DNA of 64,000 nucleotides from an uncultured Bacteroidia bacterium (GTDB lineage Bacteria > Bacteroidota > Bacteroidia > Bacteroidales > F082): assembly GCA_902770835.1 (NCBI GenBank), contig CACXUM010000017.1:9055-73054 (forward strand). Direction: 5' to 3'. How positions within the stretch are numbered: position 1 is the first letter of the stretch; each line of letters begins with the position of its first letter. The notes under the pieces were generated by a model that saw only the letters and a list, made by a program, of their open reading frames with translations, was not told where the DNA came from and did not search any database. The translations under genes were made by a program, and so were the position numbers. This document shows, in pieces, positions 52,916 through 64,000 of this stretch.

Positions 52916-54265
52916 TCACGCCCAAAGCAGCAATCCCGAACAGATTATCAGTCCCGTAACGAACAAGTCGATGATGCAGAAGCCCATGATGTCTTTGGCA
53001 CTCAATTTGGCTATGGCCAAGGCCGGCAAAGCCCAGAAAGGCTGAATCAGGTTGGTCCAAGCGTCGCCCCAAGAGATGGCCATTCCCGTCAAACCAGCAT
53101 CGACACCCAAAGTGGCGCCCGCCGTGAACATGATTGGCGCTTGAATGGCCCAGTGACCGCCGCCCGAAGGGACGAACATGTTCAAAATGGCAGCGCAGAA
53201 GAAGGTAAACAACGGATAAGTCTTTGGCGTTGAAATAGATACACAGGCATTGCTAATCACCTCTCCCAAGCAAATCCCCGACTCGCCCACGCCCGTAATG
53301 ATGCCCATGATGCCCGCATAAAACGGGAATTGCAGCAAAATGCCCGCCGCGCCGTTCACCGATTTTCCAAAAGCCCTGACGTATGCCAACGGCGTGCCAT
53401 GCAGGATAATACCGAGAAAAAGGAACAGCATAATGACCGTGCCGAGGTCGAAACTGCCGCCTTTGAAGAACAATTTGATGACCAAATACGACAGTCCCAA
53501 TATGGAGATAATCCAAGAAAGGACACGACTGTTTTCCATTTTTTCCGCGGGTGAAGTCGCTTTTGGTACTGGCTTGGGTTCTTCCTCAAAAAGCAAGGAC
53601 GGCTCGATGCTAACCACTTGGTTGTCTTTGGGATGCATTAGCGAATTGACCACCACAATGGCCACGATGACCACTGCCACCATGATCAGATTTTGCGTTG
53701 CAAGGATGGTTTGACCGATGGGAACAGGATGCGTCAAAGCTCCTTTCGTGACGGCTTCGAGATTGGAGCCTTCGGTGGCCATCGTCAGCGGAATAGAGCC
53801 TGAAAGTCCGGCGTGCCACACCACGAAGCCACTGTATGCCGAGGCAATAAGTAGCCGATAATCAACGCCTTTCAGCTTCTTGGCGATTTCCTTGGCGAAG
53901 ATAACTCCAACGATAAGGCCAAAGCCCCAATTGAGCCAGCACGCGATGGCCGAAATGCCCGTCACCAATGCAATGGCTCCCGCAGGCGTTTTCGGCTTGG
54001 CCGCCAATGCGCTAATGCCCCGCTTTATGGACGGTGCAGCAGCCAAGGCCGAACCGCTTACCAACACCAAGGCCATCTGCATAGCGAAGGCCAACAGCGA
54101 CCAAACACCGTTGCCCCAATGCTCAACCACCTCAATGGGCGATTGCTTGCAAATCGGCATGGCGATAATGAAGGCCAACAACGTCAAAACGACGGCAAAA
54201 ATGAAGGGTTCAGGTAGGTATTTCTGAACTAATTTGACGCAAAAACGAATGATTTTTTGGAACAT
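52916..54265 (-). CDS. Short-chain fatty acid transporter (AtoE family)
   Basis: 449-aa polytopic membrane protein. The N-terminus KYLPEPFIFAVVLT is typical of AtoE-like transporters. Confidence 0.7.
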   Translation of the reverse strand: MFQKIIRFCVKLVQKYLPEPFIFAVVLTLLAFIIAMPICKQSPIEVVEHWGNGVWSLLAFAMQMALVLVSGSALAAAPSIKRGISALAAKPKTPAGAIALVTGISAIACWLNWGFGLIVGVIFAKEIAKKLKGVDYRLLIASAYSGFVVWHAGLSGSIPLTMATEGSNLEAVTKGALTHPVPIGQTILATQNLIMVAVVIVAIVVVNSLMHPKDNQVVSIEPSLLFEEEPKPVPKATSPAEKMENSRVLSWIISILGLSYLVIKLFFKGGSFDLGTVIMLFLFLGIILHGTPLAYVRAFGKSVNGAAGILLQFPFYAGIMGIITGVGESGICLGEVISNACVSISTPKTYPLFTFFCAAILNMFVPSGGGHWAIQAPIMFTAGATLGVDAGLTGMAISWGDAWTNLIQPFWALPALAIAKLSAKDIMGFCIIDLFVTGLIICSGLLLWA

Positions 54266-54271
54266 ATTCTT

Positions 54272-54318
54272 GGATTTAAAGATTTAAGATTCAAAGATTT
54301 AAATATTTAGTGATTGAG
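54272..54318. repeat. 7-nt periodic A/T-rich array (AGATTTA/AGATTCA-type) between the truA stop and the transporter start
   Basis: GGATTTAAAGATTTAAGATTCAAAGATTTAAATATTTAGTGATTGAGG. The periodicity was counted by hand and is degenerate. Confidence 0.5.
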
Positions 54319-54334
54319 GCCGCCTTCGACAGGA

Positions 54335-55123
54335 TCAGGCTCCCATATCTTTGGCATCAGTCAAGGTCCCTGAGCTTGCCGAAGGGCCGGTATCATACTC
54401 GACTTCCTCCAAAAAAAGCGCGTGGGCTGGCACTGAAGTTCCGGCTTCGCAGCGGTCTTTCCGCTCGATGACGGCGAGAAACTCCTCCAAAGTCATGCGC
54501 CCTTTCCCGATTTCCAACAAAGTACCGACGATGGCCCGCACCATATTGCGCAAGAATCGGTCGGCCTTGATACGAAAAACAAGCAAACCGTCTTGTTCAA
54601 ACCAACGTGCCTCCATGATTTTGCAGTTGTTGGTCTTTACTTGGGTATGGACTTTTGAGAAACTCGTAAAATCCTCATAATCAAAGAGAAGACTTGCGGC
54701 TTCTTGCATTTTCGGGATGTCCAAGTCGCCGTAAAGGAAATAGGCATCGTGCGTGTGGAACGGGTTTTTCGTGCGCGTGATATAATAATGATAGGTGCGC
54801 GAAACAGCATCAAAACGGGCGTGCAAGTCGGGAGCTACCTGCCAGATCCGATAAATTACAATATCCTCGGGAAGAAACGTATTCATCTGACGTGCAAGCG
54901 TTTCTGTGTCCTTGATTTCGTTTTCAAGGTCGAAATGGGCGTAATAATTTCGGGCATGGACACCCGTGTCGGTTCGCCCGCAGCCCGTGATGCCAATCTT
55001 TTGCCCCAATTTGAGGCTCAAACAACGCTCCACCGTAGCCTGAACGCTTGGCGCGTGAGGCTGAATCTGATAGCCATTGTAGCGGCTACCGTTGTAGGCC
55101 ATGTGGATGAAATACCGAGGCAT
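54335..55123 (-). CDS. truA: tRNA pseudouridine(38-40) synthase TruA
   Basis: MPRYFIHMAYNGSRYNGYQIQP start and a GCGRTDTGVHA catalytic Asp motif. The start is set at the ATG after the promoter box. Confidence 0.9.
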   Translation of the reverse strand: MPRYFIHMAYNGSRYNGYQIQPHAPSVQATVERCLSLKLGQKIGITGCGRTDTGVHARNYYAHFDLENEIKDTETLARQMNTFLPEDIVIYRIWQVAPDLHARFDAVSRTYHYYITRTKNPFHTHDAYFLYGDLDIPKMQEAASLLFDYEDFTSFSKVHTQVKTNNCKIMEARWFEQDGLLVFRIKADRFLRNMVRAIVGTLLEIGKGRMTLEEFLAVIERKDRCEAGTSVPAHALFLEEVEYDTGPSASSGTLTDAKDMGA

Positions 55124-55144
55124 CACGTTGCGTTTTTGAACTCG

Positions 55145-55152
55145 CAAAAATA
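55145..55152 (-). promoter_or_regulatory. -7 promoter box TATTTTTG (truA)
   Basis: CAAAAATA on the + strand, 22 nt upstream of the start at 55123. Confidence 0.5.
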
Positions 55153-55165
55153 CGGAATTATTCTG

Positions 55166-55173
55166 TACTTTTG
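55166..55173 (+). promoter_or_regulatory. -7 promoter box TACTTTTG (aat), only 4 nt before the ATG
   Basis: TAnnTTTG match back-to-back with the truA box, 13 bp apart. Confidence 0.4.
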
Positions 55174-55177
55174 CGCC

Positions 55178-55924
55178 ATGATTTATCAACTCAACGACGA
55201 CAATTGCTTTTTCCCACCTGTTGACCATGCCAACCGAGATGGCCTTTTGGCCTTTGGCGGCGACCTCACGCCCCAACGCCTCATCATGTCCTATGCCAAC
55301 GGCATCTTCCCGTGGTACAACGAAGACGAACCTATCCTTTGGTGGTCGCTTGACCCTCGATTGGTCATTCGTCCCGGCGAGATGAAAGTCAGCAAGTCGC
55401 TGCGCCACACGCTGCGGTCGGGAAAGTTTGAGTTAAGAATTGACACCAATTTCCGCGAGGTGATGACGCATTGCGCCGACACGCCCCGCGAGGGACAGGA
55501 CGGCACTTGGATTTTAGACGAGATGATTGAGGCATATTGTCACCTGCATGAATTGGGTCTCGCCCATTCCTTCGAATGTTATCTTGACGGCAAGTTGGTG
55601 GGCGGATTATATGGCGTTTCCATTGGGAAGGTCTTTTTCGGCGAGTCAATGTTCCACACCGTGACCGATGCTTCCAAAGTGGCATTTTATCATCTACATC
55701 AATTTTTGAAAATCAACGGTTTCAAACTTATTGATTGCCAGCAAGAAACAAGCCATCTGATGAGTTTGGGTGCTTATACCATGCCCCGCAACGAGTTTAT
55801 CAATGAATTGAAGATTTTGACGCGAGAAGCAAGCATGGTGGGCAACTGGGGCGGAAAGGAATGCGAGGCGTTGTTTCTCCACATCGAGCAACCCGAAAAA
55901 GTCACGTTTCGGGTTTATGATTAG
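55178..55924 (+). CDS. aat: Leucyl/phenylalanyl-tRNA--protein transferase
   Basis: GLLAFGGDLTPQRLIMSYANGIFPWYNEDEPILWWSLDPR matches the Aat N-terminal signature. Confidence 0.85.
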   Translation: MIYQLNDDNCFFPPVDHANRDGLLAFGGDLTPQRLIMSYANGIFPWYNEDEPILWWSLDPRLVIRPGEMKVSKSLRHTLRSGKFELRIDTNFREVMTHCADTPREGQDGTWILDEMIEAYCHLHELGLAHSFECYLDGKLVGGLYGVSIGKVFFGESMFHTVTDASKVAFYHLHQFLKINGFKLIDCQQETSHLMSLGAYTMPRNEFINELKILTREASMVGNWGGKECEALFLHIEQPEKVTFRVYD

Positions 55925-55963
55925 TTTTTTGAATTTTGCCCTTGCCAATCAAGGAAGATTTCT

Positions 55964-55971
55964 TACCTTTG
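55964..55971 (+). promoter_or_regulatory. -7 promoter box TACCTTTG (arginine deiminase)
   Basis: TAnnTTTG match 59 nt upstream of the ATG at 56030. Confidence 0.5.
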
Positions 55972-56029
55972 CAGCGATATTCGGAACGGGCAAAACGCCA
56001 GTTCCCATTGTTTCATCAAAATAATCTTT

Positions 56030-57274
56030 ATGGATTCCCAACCCATCAATGTCAGTGTAAATTCAGAAATTGGCAAACTCCAACATGTTCTGGTGCATAC
56101 TCCCGGCCCTGAATTGGAAAGAATAACTCCCGAAAACGCGCATACATACCTGTTCAGCGACATTCTGAACATGCAGGTCGCACAAAAAGAATACGGCTAT
56201 TTCAAGAAGGTGTTGCAAAAAGTTGCAGAGGTTCACGAAATCAGCGACTTGCTGACGGACATCCTGAAAATGGACCATATTAAGAACGGTCTTGTCGATA
56301 GGATATGCAGAGCCGAAAACAAAGGCTTCATTGCAGCTTATCTGAAGTCGCTTTCCGCCGAAGACCTTGCCCGTCAACTCATTGAAGGCGTGTATTTGGA
56401 CGATATCACCTACATCAACAGCGACAAGTCGGCCCTGACGCCTATTCCCAACCTGTTCTTCATGCGCGATGCTTCGTTCACCATGTTCGACAACATCATG
56501 ATCAGCAACATGGCCACACAGGTGCGCGCCCGCGAGTGCATGATTTTGGAAGCCATTTACAACCTTCACCCATTGTTTGAGACTAAAGTCATCAATCCCG
56601 TTCTGAATTACGACTCACGCGGCATTGGTACAGTAGAAGGCGGCGACGTGCAGATTATTCGCGACGATGTGGTGATTTGCGGCGTTGGCGCACGCACCAA
56701 CATGCACGGCGTGGAAGCATTGGTGGAACATCTGAAGACCAAACCCGGGGTGAAACACTTGATTTTCCAAGAGTTGCCCCTTACTCCTGACTCCTTCATC
56801 CATCTCGACATGGTTTTCACCATGCTCGATGTGAACAAGTGCATGATCTACAAGCCTGTCATCAAGAGCAGCACTTTCAAGACGTTCCACATCACCATTG
56901 ACGGACAGAAGGCATTGGGAGCGGAAGCCCCCGACATGGTCAGCGCATTGAAATCCGTTGGCATCGACCTTGAGCCAGTGTATTGCGGCAACGGCAACGA
57001 CGATTTCGCCGCCCGCGAACAATGGCACAGCGGCTGCAACTTCTTCTGCCTTGCCCCTGGTCAATTCCTCGGATATGGCCGCAACAAGCACACATTGGAC
57101 GCTCTGAACAAGGCGGGATACAATGTCGTCACGGCTGCCGATGTGGTCAACGGCAAATATGACCTCAGCGGAAAAAAGTGCATCGTCGCTTTCGAGGGCA
57201 ACGAACTCTCCCGTGGTGGCGGCGGCGCACGCTGCATGACGATGCCTGTCCAGAGGATGGCTGTTGATTGGTAA
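56030..57274 (+). CDS. arcA: Arginine deiminase
   Basis: SEIGKLQHVLVHTPGPE start and a C-terminal GGGGARCMTMP catalytic Cys motif. 414 aa. Confidence 0.85.
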   Translation: MDSQPINVSVNSEIGKLQHVLVHTPGPELERITPENAHTYLFSDILNMQVAQKEYGYFKKVLQKVAEVHEISDLLTDILKMDHIKNGLVDRICRAENKGFIAAYLKSLSAEDLARQLIEGVYLDDITYINSDKSALTPIPNLFFMRDASFTMFDNIMISNMATQVRARECMILEAIYNLHPLFETKVINPVLNYDSRGIGTVEGGDVQIIRDDVVICGVGARTNMHGVEALVEHLKTKPGVKHLIFQELPLTPDSFIHLDMVFTMLDVNKCMIYKPVIKSSTFKTFHITIDGQKALGAEAPDMVSALKSVGIDLEPVYCGNGNDDFAAREQWHSGCNFFCLAPGQFLGYGRNKHTLDALNKAGYNVVTAADVVNGKYDLSGKKCIVAFEGNELSRGGGGARCMTMPVQRMAVDW

Positions 57275-57291
57275 ATGATTTTTTGAAAAAT

Positions 57292-57744
57292 ATGAAAGTT
57301 TTGGTAGTCACCGAAACAGACTCATGCTGCGGCCCGATGGCTGCAGCATTTTTGCATGACTATTCGACCTCGATTGAGGTGGTTTCGGCGGGAAGGAATC
57401 CTGCGGAAACCATTGAACCATTGATGATTACAGCGATGAAAGAATGTTTGGTTGACTTGTCAGGCTATCAACCGAAAAGTGTTACAGAATTCGACTTTTC
57501 CGCTTTCGATGCAGTGTACGAGTGTCCCGATTTTTCCGATTTTCCCGCGCCAACAACCCTCGAAAAATTTCGCGAACTACGCGATTTTATCAAAAACGAG
57601 GCATATCAGTTTTTCCTAAGCATCCGCCAATCTCCCCAACATCCCTCAACTCTCAACTCTCAACTCTCAACTATTTATAAACCTCATTCTCGTCAATCAA
57701 ATTATTCAGCAAAGCATACACCGTCAGGCCCGAAACAGACTTGA
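57292..57744 (+). CDS. LMW phosphatase/ArsC-fold protein lacking the CX5R catalytic loop
   Basis: VLVVTETDSCCGPMAAAF aligns with the V(C)TGNSCRSPMAEA loop, but the nucleophile Cys and the Arg are replaced. The tail reads through the heptamer array into the convergent gene. Confidence 0.5.
   Translation: MKVLVVTETDSCCGPMAAAFLHDYSTSIEVVSAGRNPAETIEPLMITAMKECLVDLSGYQPKSVTEFDFSAFDAVYECPDFSDFPAPTTLEKFRELRDFIKNEAYQFFLSIRQSPQHPSTLNSQLSTIYKPHSRQSNYSAKHTPSGPKQT
57645..57672. repeat. Perfect heptamer array (CTCAACT)x4
   Basis: Counted by hand. Its last CT plus the next A form the TAG stop of the minus-strand regulator gene. Confidence 0.95.
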
Positions 57745-58264
57745 TTCCGGTCTTGCGCGTGATGTTCTTTCGGTGCGAGATGACAGTGTGGATTGAAATG
57801 TTCATCTGATCGGCTATCTCCTTGTTCATCAAGCCTTTGGCAACGGCAACAAGCACATCGATTTCGCGTTTTGAGAGTTCCACGTCGTCAGGTTTCTCGT
57901 TTTTGTCGGTGCTTTGAGCGATTTGGTTCAGTTTGTTGATGATTTTCAATTTGCTGTCGTTGATGCCAATGATACCGTCAAAACCCTTAAGGGCCGACTC
58001 ATCCGTGTAGACGGTCACCAAGGCGATGCGAACCAATTGCGGGTTTTCCTTGACCCATTGCGACACCATGTTTTGGCAGTTGAAACCCAATAATAATGGG
58101 TTTATTATCAGTATGTTGGCATCCGAAACGAGCAGTTTTTCCGATAGGTTTTCAGGAGAGTCCAACCGCATGACGACATCGAAGCCCGCCATGCCTTGGA
58201 TGATTTCGTGAAGCCCGTTTGTGATGATTTCAGAGGCTTCGCAAATGATGACACGGTTACTCAT
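57671..58264 (-). CDS. LuxR-family regulator with an atypical (pseudo-)receiver domain
   Basis: C-terminal HTH motif LSKREIDVL...GLMNKEIADQMNISIHTV. The N-terminal REC-like fold lacks the acidic pocket (CEAS for DD, LIIN for the phospho-Asp). Confidence 0.75.
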   Translation of the reverse strand: MSNRVIICEASEIITNGLHEIIQGMAGFDVVMRLDSPENLSEKLLVSDANILIINPLLLGFNCQNMVSQWVKENPQLVRIALVTVYTDESALKGFDGIIGINDSKLKIINKLNQIAQSTDKNEKPDDVELSKREIDVLVAVAKGLMNKEIADQMNISIHTVISHRKNITRKTGIKSVSGLTVYALLNNLIDENEVYK

Positions 58265-58953
58265 GGCTTGGCGTTTTCGAGGGATTCGACGAAGGGGATG
58301 AGGATGTGCTCCTCGATGAGCGAGTGGCTGCTGAGGTCGGCTGAAAGCTCGATGATGTCGGTGGCGATGCACACGCGCTCCGAGGGCAAGATGTTGCCCG
58401 GCAGGTACTTGATGAGGATGTTGGTCATGTCCTCAAGTGCATCCTCGATGTTGCTGTGGTTGTGGCGGAACTGATCGATGCTGTAGTCGGTTTTTTCGCC
58501 TTTGCGCAAAGCGGTGATATACGGAAACACCACTTCCTCCTCGTATTGGAAGTGCTTCACCATTTCGCGTTTGTATTCGTTGTAGAAATGGTCGAGCATG
58601 TTGCCGTATTTTGGTCCTGCGGCCTTGATGATTCGACTGAGATGCTCCTCGATGTGGGGGAATCGCTCGTCTAAATAGGCTCTGTGCGAGGCACTTAGAT
58701 AGGAGAGGAGTGAGGTGAGGTCAACATCGTTAGGTGCTTCGATACGGACGGGCGTGTTGGGGTCGAAGTGGAGGCTGCACACGGCGAGAAACAGGCGCGT
58801 GCTGACCTTGTCTTGTTGGCACACCTCGGCCACGCTGCGGTCGCCGAAGCCCAATTGTATGCCGAAACGGGGGAGAAGTTGCAGCAGTTTCGGGTTGTCC
58901 GCAATCATCTCGTAGAGTTTCGATTTTTCGGAAAAAAGAGGTTGTTTGCTCAT
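58261..58953 (-). CDS. Hemerythrin-like (RIC/ScdA-like) di-iron domain protein
   Basis: Repeated H...E motifs (HRAYLDERFPHIEEH, EEEVVFPYI, HSNIEDALE, HSLIEEHILIPF). Its stop overlaps the regulator's ATG (ATGA). Confidence 0.6.
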   Translation of the reverse strand: MSKQPLFSEKSKLYEMIADNPKLLQLLPRFGIQLGFGDRSVAEVCQQDKVSTRLFLAVCSLHFDPNTPVRIEAPNDVDLTSLLSYLSASHRAYLDERFPHIEEHLSRIIKAAGPKYGNMLDHFYNEYKREMVKHFQYEEEVVFPYITALRKGEKTDYSIDQFRHNHSNIEDALEDMTNILIKYLPGNILPSERVCIATDIIELSADLSSHSLIEEHILIPFVESLENAKP

Positions 58954-59060
58954 CGTATTGGCGTTTGAATGGTGAAGAATGGCATTCGTTAGGCTCAGGG
59001 GTCCTGATGGGTCGCGGTAGTTGAGCCTGTCGAAACGCCGCTTCTCGTTGTTTTGGACTG

Positions 59061-59068
59061 CAAAAATA
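59061..59068 (-). promoter_or_regulatory. -7 promoter box TATTTTTG (hemerythrin-regulator operon)
   Basis: CAAAAATA on the + strand, just downstream of the rpsP terminator and about 108 nt upstream of the start at 58953. Confidence 0.45.
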
Positions 59069-59098
59069 AAAAAAACCGCCCGATTGGGAGCGGTTTTT
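59063..59098 (-). terminator. Intrinsic terminator after rpsP
   Basis: Stem AAAAACCGC/GCGGTTTTT followed by a long T-run on the - strand. Confidence 0.8.
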
Positions 59099-59120
59099 CG
59101 TGTTTTCTGAAATATCGCGT

Positions 59121-59687
59121 TTAGGCTTCGGCAGGTGCTTCGGCGGCCGGGGCTTCCTCAGCAGGAGCCTCTTCGGCGGCAGCTTGGGCAGCGGCTTCGG
59201 CTTCAGCGGCTTTCTTGGCTTCCATTTCAGCAATGCGCTTCTTGGCCAATTCGGCGGCGCGGGCCTCGTTCACTTGCTTCTCGGCTTCCAAACGGGTCTT
59301 CTTTTCGCCACGAGCCTTCTCTTCGTTGGCCTTGACGATGTTGGCGGCCTTGGCTTCCTTCTCCTTCATCCAGTTCTGGAACTTGATTTCGGCTTGTTCC
59401 TCGGTCATTGCGCCTTTCTGGACACCACGCATCAGGTGATACTTCATCATCACGCCGGTCTTGCTGAGCAGCGAGCGGGCGGTGTCGGAGGGCTGAGCGC
59501 CAACGCTGTACCAATACAAAGCCCTGTCAAACTTGATGTTGATTTGGGCCGGTTCGGTGAGCGGGTTGTAGGTGCCTAATTTCTCAATGAATTTGCCATC
59601 ACGTGGTGAGCGAGAGTCGGCAACTACGATGTGATAGAAGGGCTGACCCTTCTTGCCATGTCTTTGCAATCTGATTTTTGCAGGCAT
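59121..59687 (-). CDS. rpsP: 30S ribosomal protein S16 with an Ala/Glu/Lys-rich C-terminal extension
   Basis: [42 protein letters not shown] is the canonical S16 N-terminus. Confidence 0.95.
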   Translation of the reverse strand: MPAKIRLQRHGKKGQPFYHIVVADSRSPRDGKFIEKLGTYNPLTEPAQINIKFDRALYWYSVGAQPSDTARSLLSKTGVMMKYHLMRGVQKGAMTEEQAEIKFQNWMKEKEAKAANIVKANEEKARGEKKTRLEAEKQVNEARAAELAKKRIAEMEAKKAAEAEAAAQAAAEEAPAEEAPAAEAPAEA

Positions 59688-59748
59688 AATTTAATGTTTT
59701 AAGTTGATTTTTAATGAATTAACTAAAATCTACCCGAGATTTCGGGTG

Positions 59749-59756
59749 CAAAAGTA
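59749..59756 (-). promoter_or_regulatory. -7 promoter box TACTTTTG (rpsP)
   Basis: CAAAAGTA on the + strand, 62 nt upstream of the start. The leader carries the hairpin ACCCGA GATT TCGGGT. Confidence 0.5.
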
Positions 59757-59789
59757 CAAATTTTCGGCGAACCGGCTCACAAAATTCCA

Positions 59790-59797
59790 TAAATTTG
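59790..59797 (+). promoter_or_regulatory. -7 promoter box TAAATTTG (CDF transporter)
   Basis: TAnnTTTG match 23 nt upstream of the ATG at 59820. Confidence 0.45.
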
Positions 59798-59819
59798 CGA
59801 ACTTTTTTGAAATCGTGAT

Positions 59820-60719
59820 ATGAATAGGGAAAAGGAAGTTTATAAAGTGACCCTTTTGGGCAGCGCGGTCAATGTGGTGCTGGTGGTGTTCAAGTTTGTG
59901 GCGGGCATCGTCGGCCATAGTTCAGCCATGATTGCCGACGCGGTACATTCGGTTTCCGATTTTGCCACCGACATCATCGTTTTGGCCTTTGTGCGCATCA
60001 GCCACCGGCCCAAGGACAAGTCGCACGACTATGGTCACGGCAAGTTTGAGACCTTGGCAACCACGCTCATCGGCATTGCGCTTTTCGCGGTCGCCGTGGG
60101 CATCTTCATTGACGGTGCCAAGAAAATCGCTTTTTGGGCGAAAGGCGGCATTTTGCCCCAGCCCGGAATGTTGGCATTGGTGGCGGCTTTGGTTTCCATC
60201 TTGCTGAAAGAGTTGACGTTCCAATACACCAAGCGTAAGGCCGACCAACTCGATTCGCAGGCCATGAAAGCCAACGCTTGGCACCATCGCAGTGATGCAC
60301 TGTCGTCGGTCGGCACTGCCATTGGCATCGGTGGAGCCATCCTCTTGGGTGAACGTTGGGCTGTTCTTGACCCCATCGCTTCCATTGCCGTGGGTGCGCT
60401 CATTGTCAAGGTGGCCATTGATTTACTCAAGAACGGCATGGGTGAATTGATGGAACAATCCTTGCCCGATGAGGTGGAGAACGAGATTTTGGACATTGTG
60501 AGGCGTGTGCCGGGTGTCGCCGAGCCACACGACCTTTGCACCCGTCGCATCGGCAACCATTACGCCATCGAAATGCACATCCTCATGGACGGCGACATCC
60601 CACTAAAGGAAGCCCACGACAAAGCCTCCGAAATGGAACGCCTGCTGAAGGAACGCTACGGCGAGGAGACGCATATTTCCATCCATGTGGAGCCGAAGGA
60701 GGAGAAGATTCCTGTATGA
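59820..60719 (+). CDS. Cation diffusion facilitator family transporter
   Basis: Six TM helices, HSSAMIADAVHSVSDF and WHHRSDA metal-site motifs, and a C-terminal cytoplasmic domain. Confidence 0.85.
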   Translation: MNREKEVYKVTLLGSAVNVVLVVFKFVAGIVGHSSAMIADAVHSVSDFATDIIVLAFVRISHRPKDKSHDYGHGKFETLATTLIGIALFAVAVGIFIDGAKKIAFWAKGGILPQPGMLALVAALVSILLKELTFQYTKRKADQLDSQAMKANAWHHRSDALSSVGTAIGIGGAILLGERWAVLDPIASIAVGALIVKVAIDLLKNGMGELMEQSLPDEVENEILDIVRRVPGVAEPHDLCTRRIGNHYAIEMHILMDGDIPLKEAHDKASEMERLLKERYGEETHISIHVEPKEEKIPV

Positions 60720-60812
60720 GGAAAGCAGTTGATTGATGGTTTGACTGAGCGGATTAGAAGAGTATTATGTTTATGATGGAACGATTATCTTGCACCATTT
60801 CCAAAATTTCCC

Positions 60813-60820
60813 TATCTTTG
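60813..60820 (+). promoter_or_regulatory. -7 promoter box TATCTTTG (dnaE)
   Basis: TAnnTTTG match 67 nt upstream of the ATG at 60887, followed by CCCTAAAATT. Confidence 0.5.
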
Positions 60821-60847
60821 AACCCTAAAATTTAGAGTGGATTTTAT

Positions 60848-60882
60848 CCCAACTCTAAAGTCTAAATCCTAAACTCTCAACA
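60848..60882. repeat. 7-nt periodic array (CCCAACT CTAAAGT CTAAATC CTAAACT CTCAACA) in the dnaE 5' UTR
   Basis: Units counted by hand. The array ends 4 nt before the dnaE ATG. Confidence 0.7.
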
Positions 60883-60886
60883 GATT

Positions 60887-64000
<3,114 letters not shown>

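Noticed and set aside
59121-59400. Ala/Glu/Lys-rich C-terminal extension of ribosomal protein S16 as a novelty
   Set aside because: Long charged S16 tails are, to my knowledge, normal in Bacteroidota, so this is not treated as a finding.

Overview
The window looks like chromosomal DNA from a Bacteroidota (Bacteroidales-like) genome. About 27 genes are preceded by the TAnnTTTG -7 promoter box. Two proteins end in T9SS C-terminal sorting domains, and phylum-typical families are present (DUF349, DUF1573, DUF3078, long S16). About 48 CDSs, 3 tRNAs and several intrinsic terminators are supported. I found no rRNA, CRISPR array, integrase or transposase. Most genes are housekeeping: uvrA, nth, truA, aat, arcA, rpsP, rfbD, ddh, a sirtuin, GH3, a phosphosugar mutase, and dnaE fused to an N-terminal exonuclease. 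Two loci look most like undescribed systems. (1) A tightly packed five-gene operon encodes a SpoIIE/PP2C phosphatase, an RsbW-like kinase, a STAS protein, a RelA/SpoT-type small alarmone synthetase and an HD alarmone hydrolase, with no sigma factor. (2) A translationally coupled DUF3791-DUF3990-DUF3791 cassette plus an acidic protein, where DUF3990 shows a PARP-like H-Y-E motif pattern. Other notable items are a family of 7-nt periodic arrays (CTCAACT/CTAAACT) next to stop codons, in 5' UTRs and once inside dnaE; two copies of a ~290-bp highly structured repeat that differ by a flipped hairpin loop; a ~170-nt rod-like RNA candidate; a degenerate cyclase-homology protein; and a 2336-aa T9SS adhesin. 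All functional calls come from motif recognition by eye, with no database searches.
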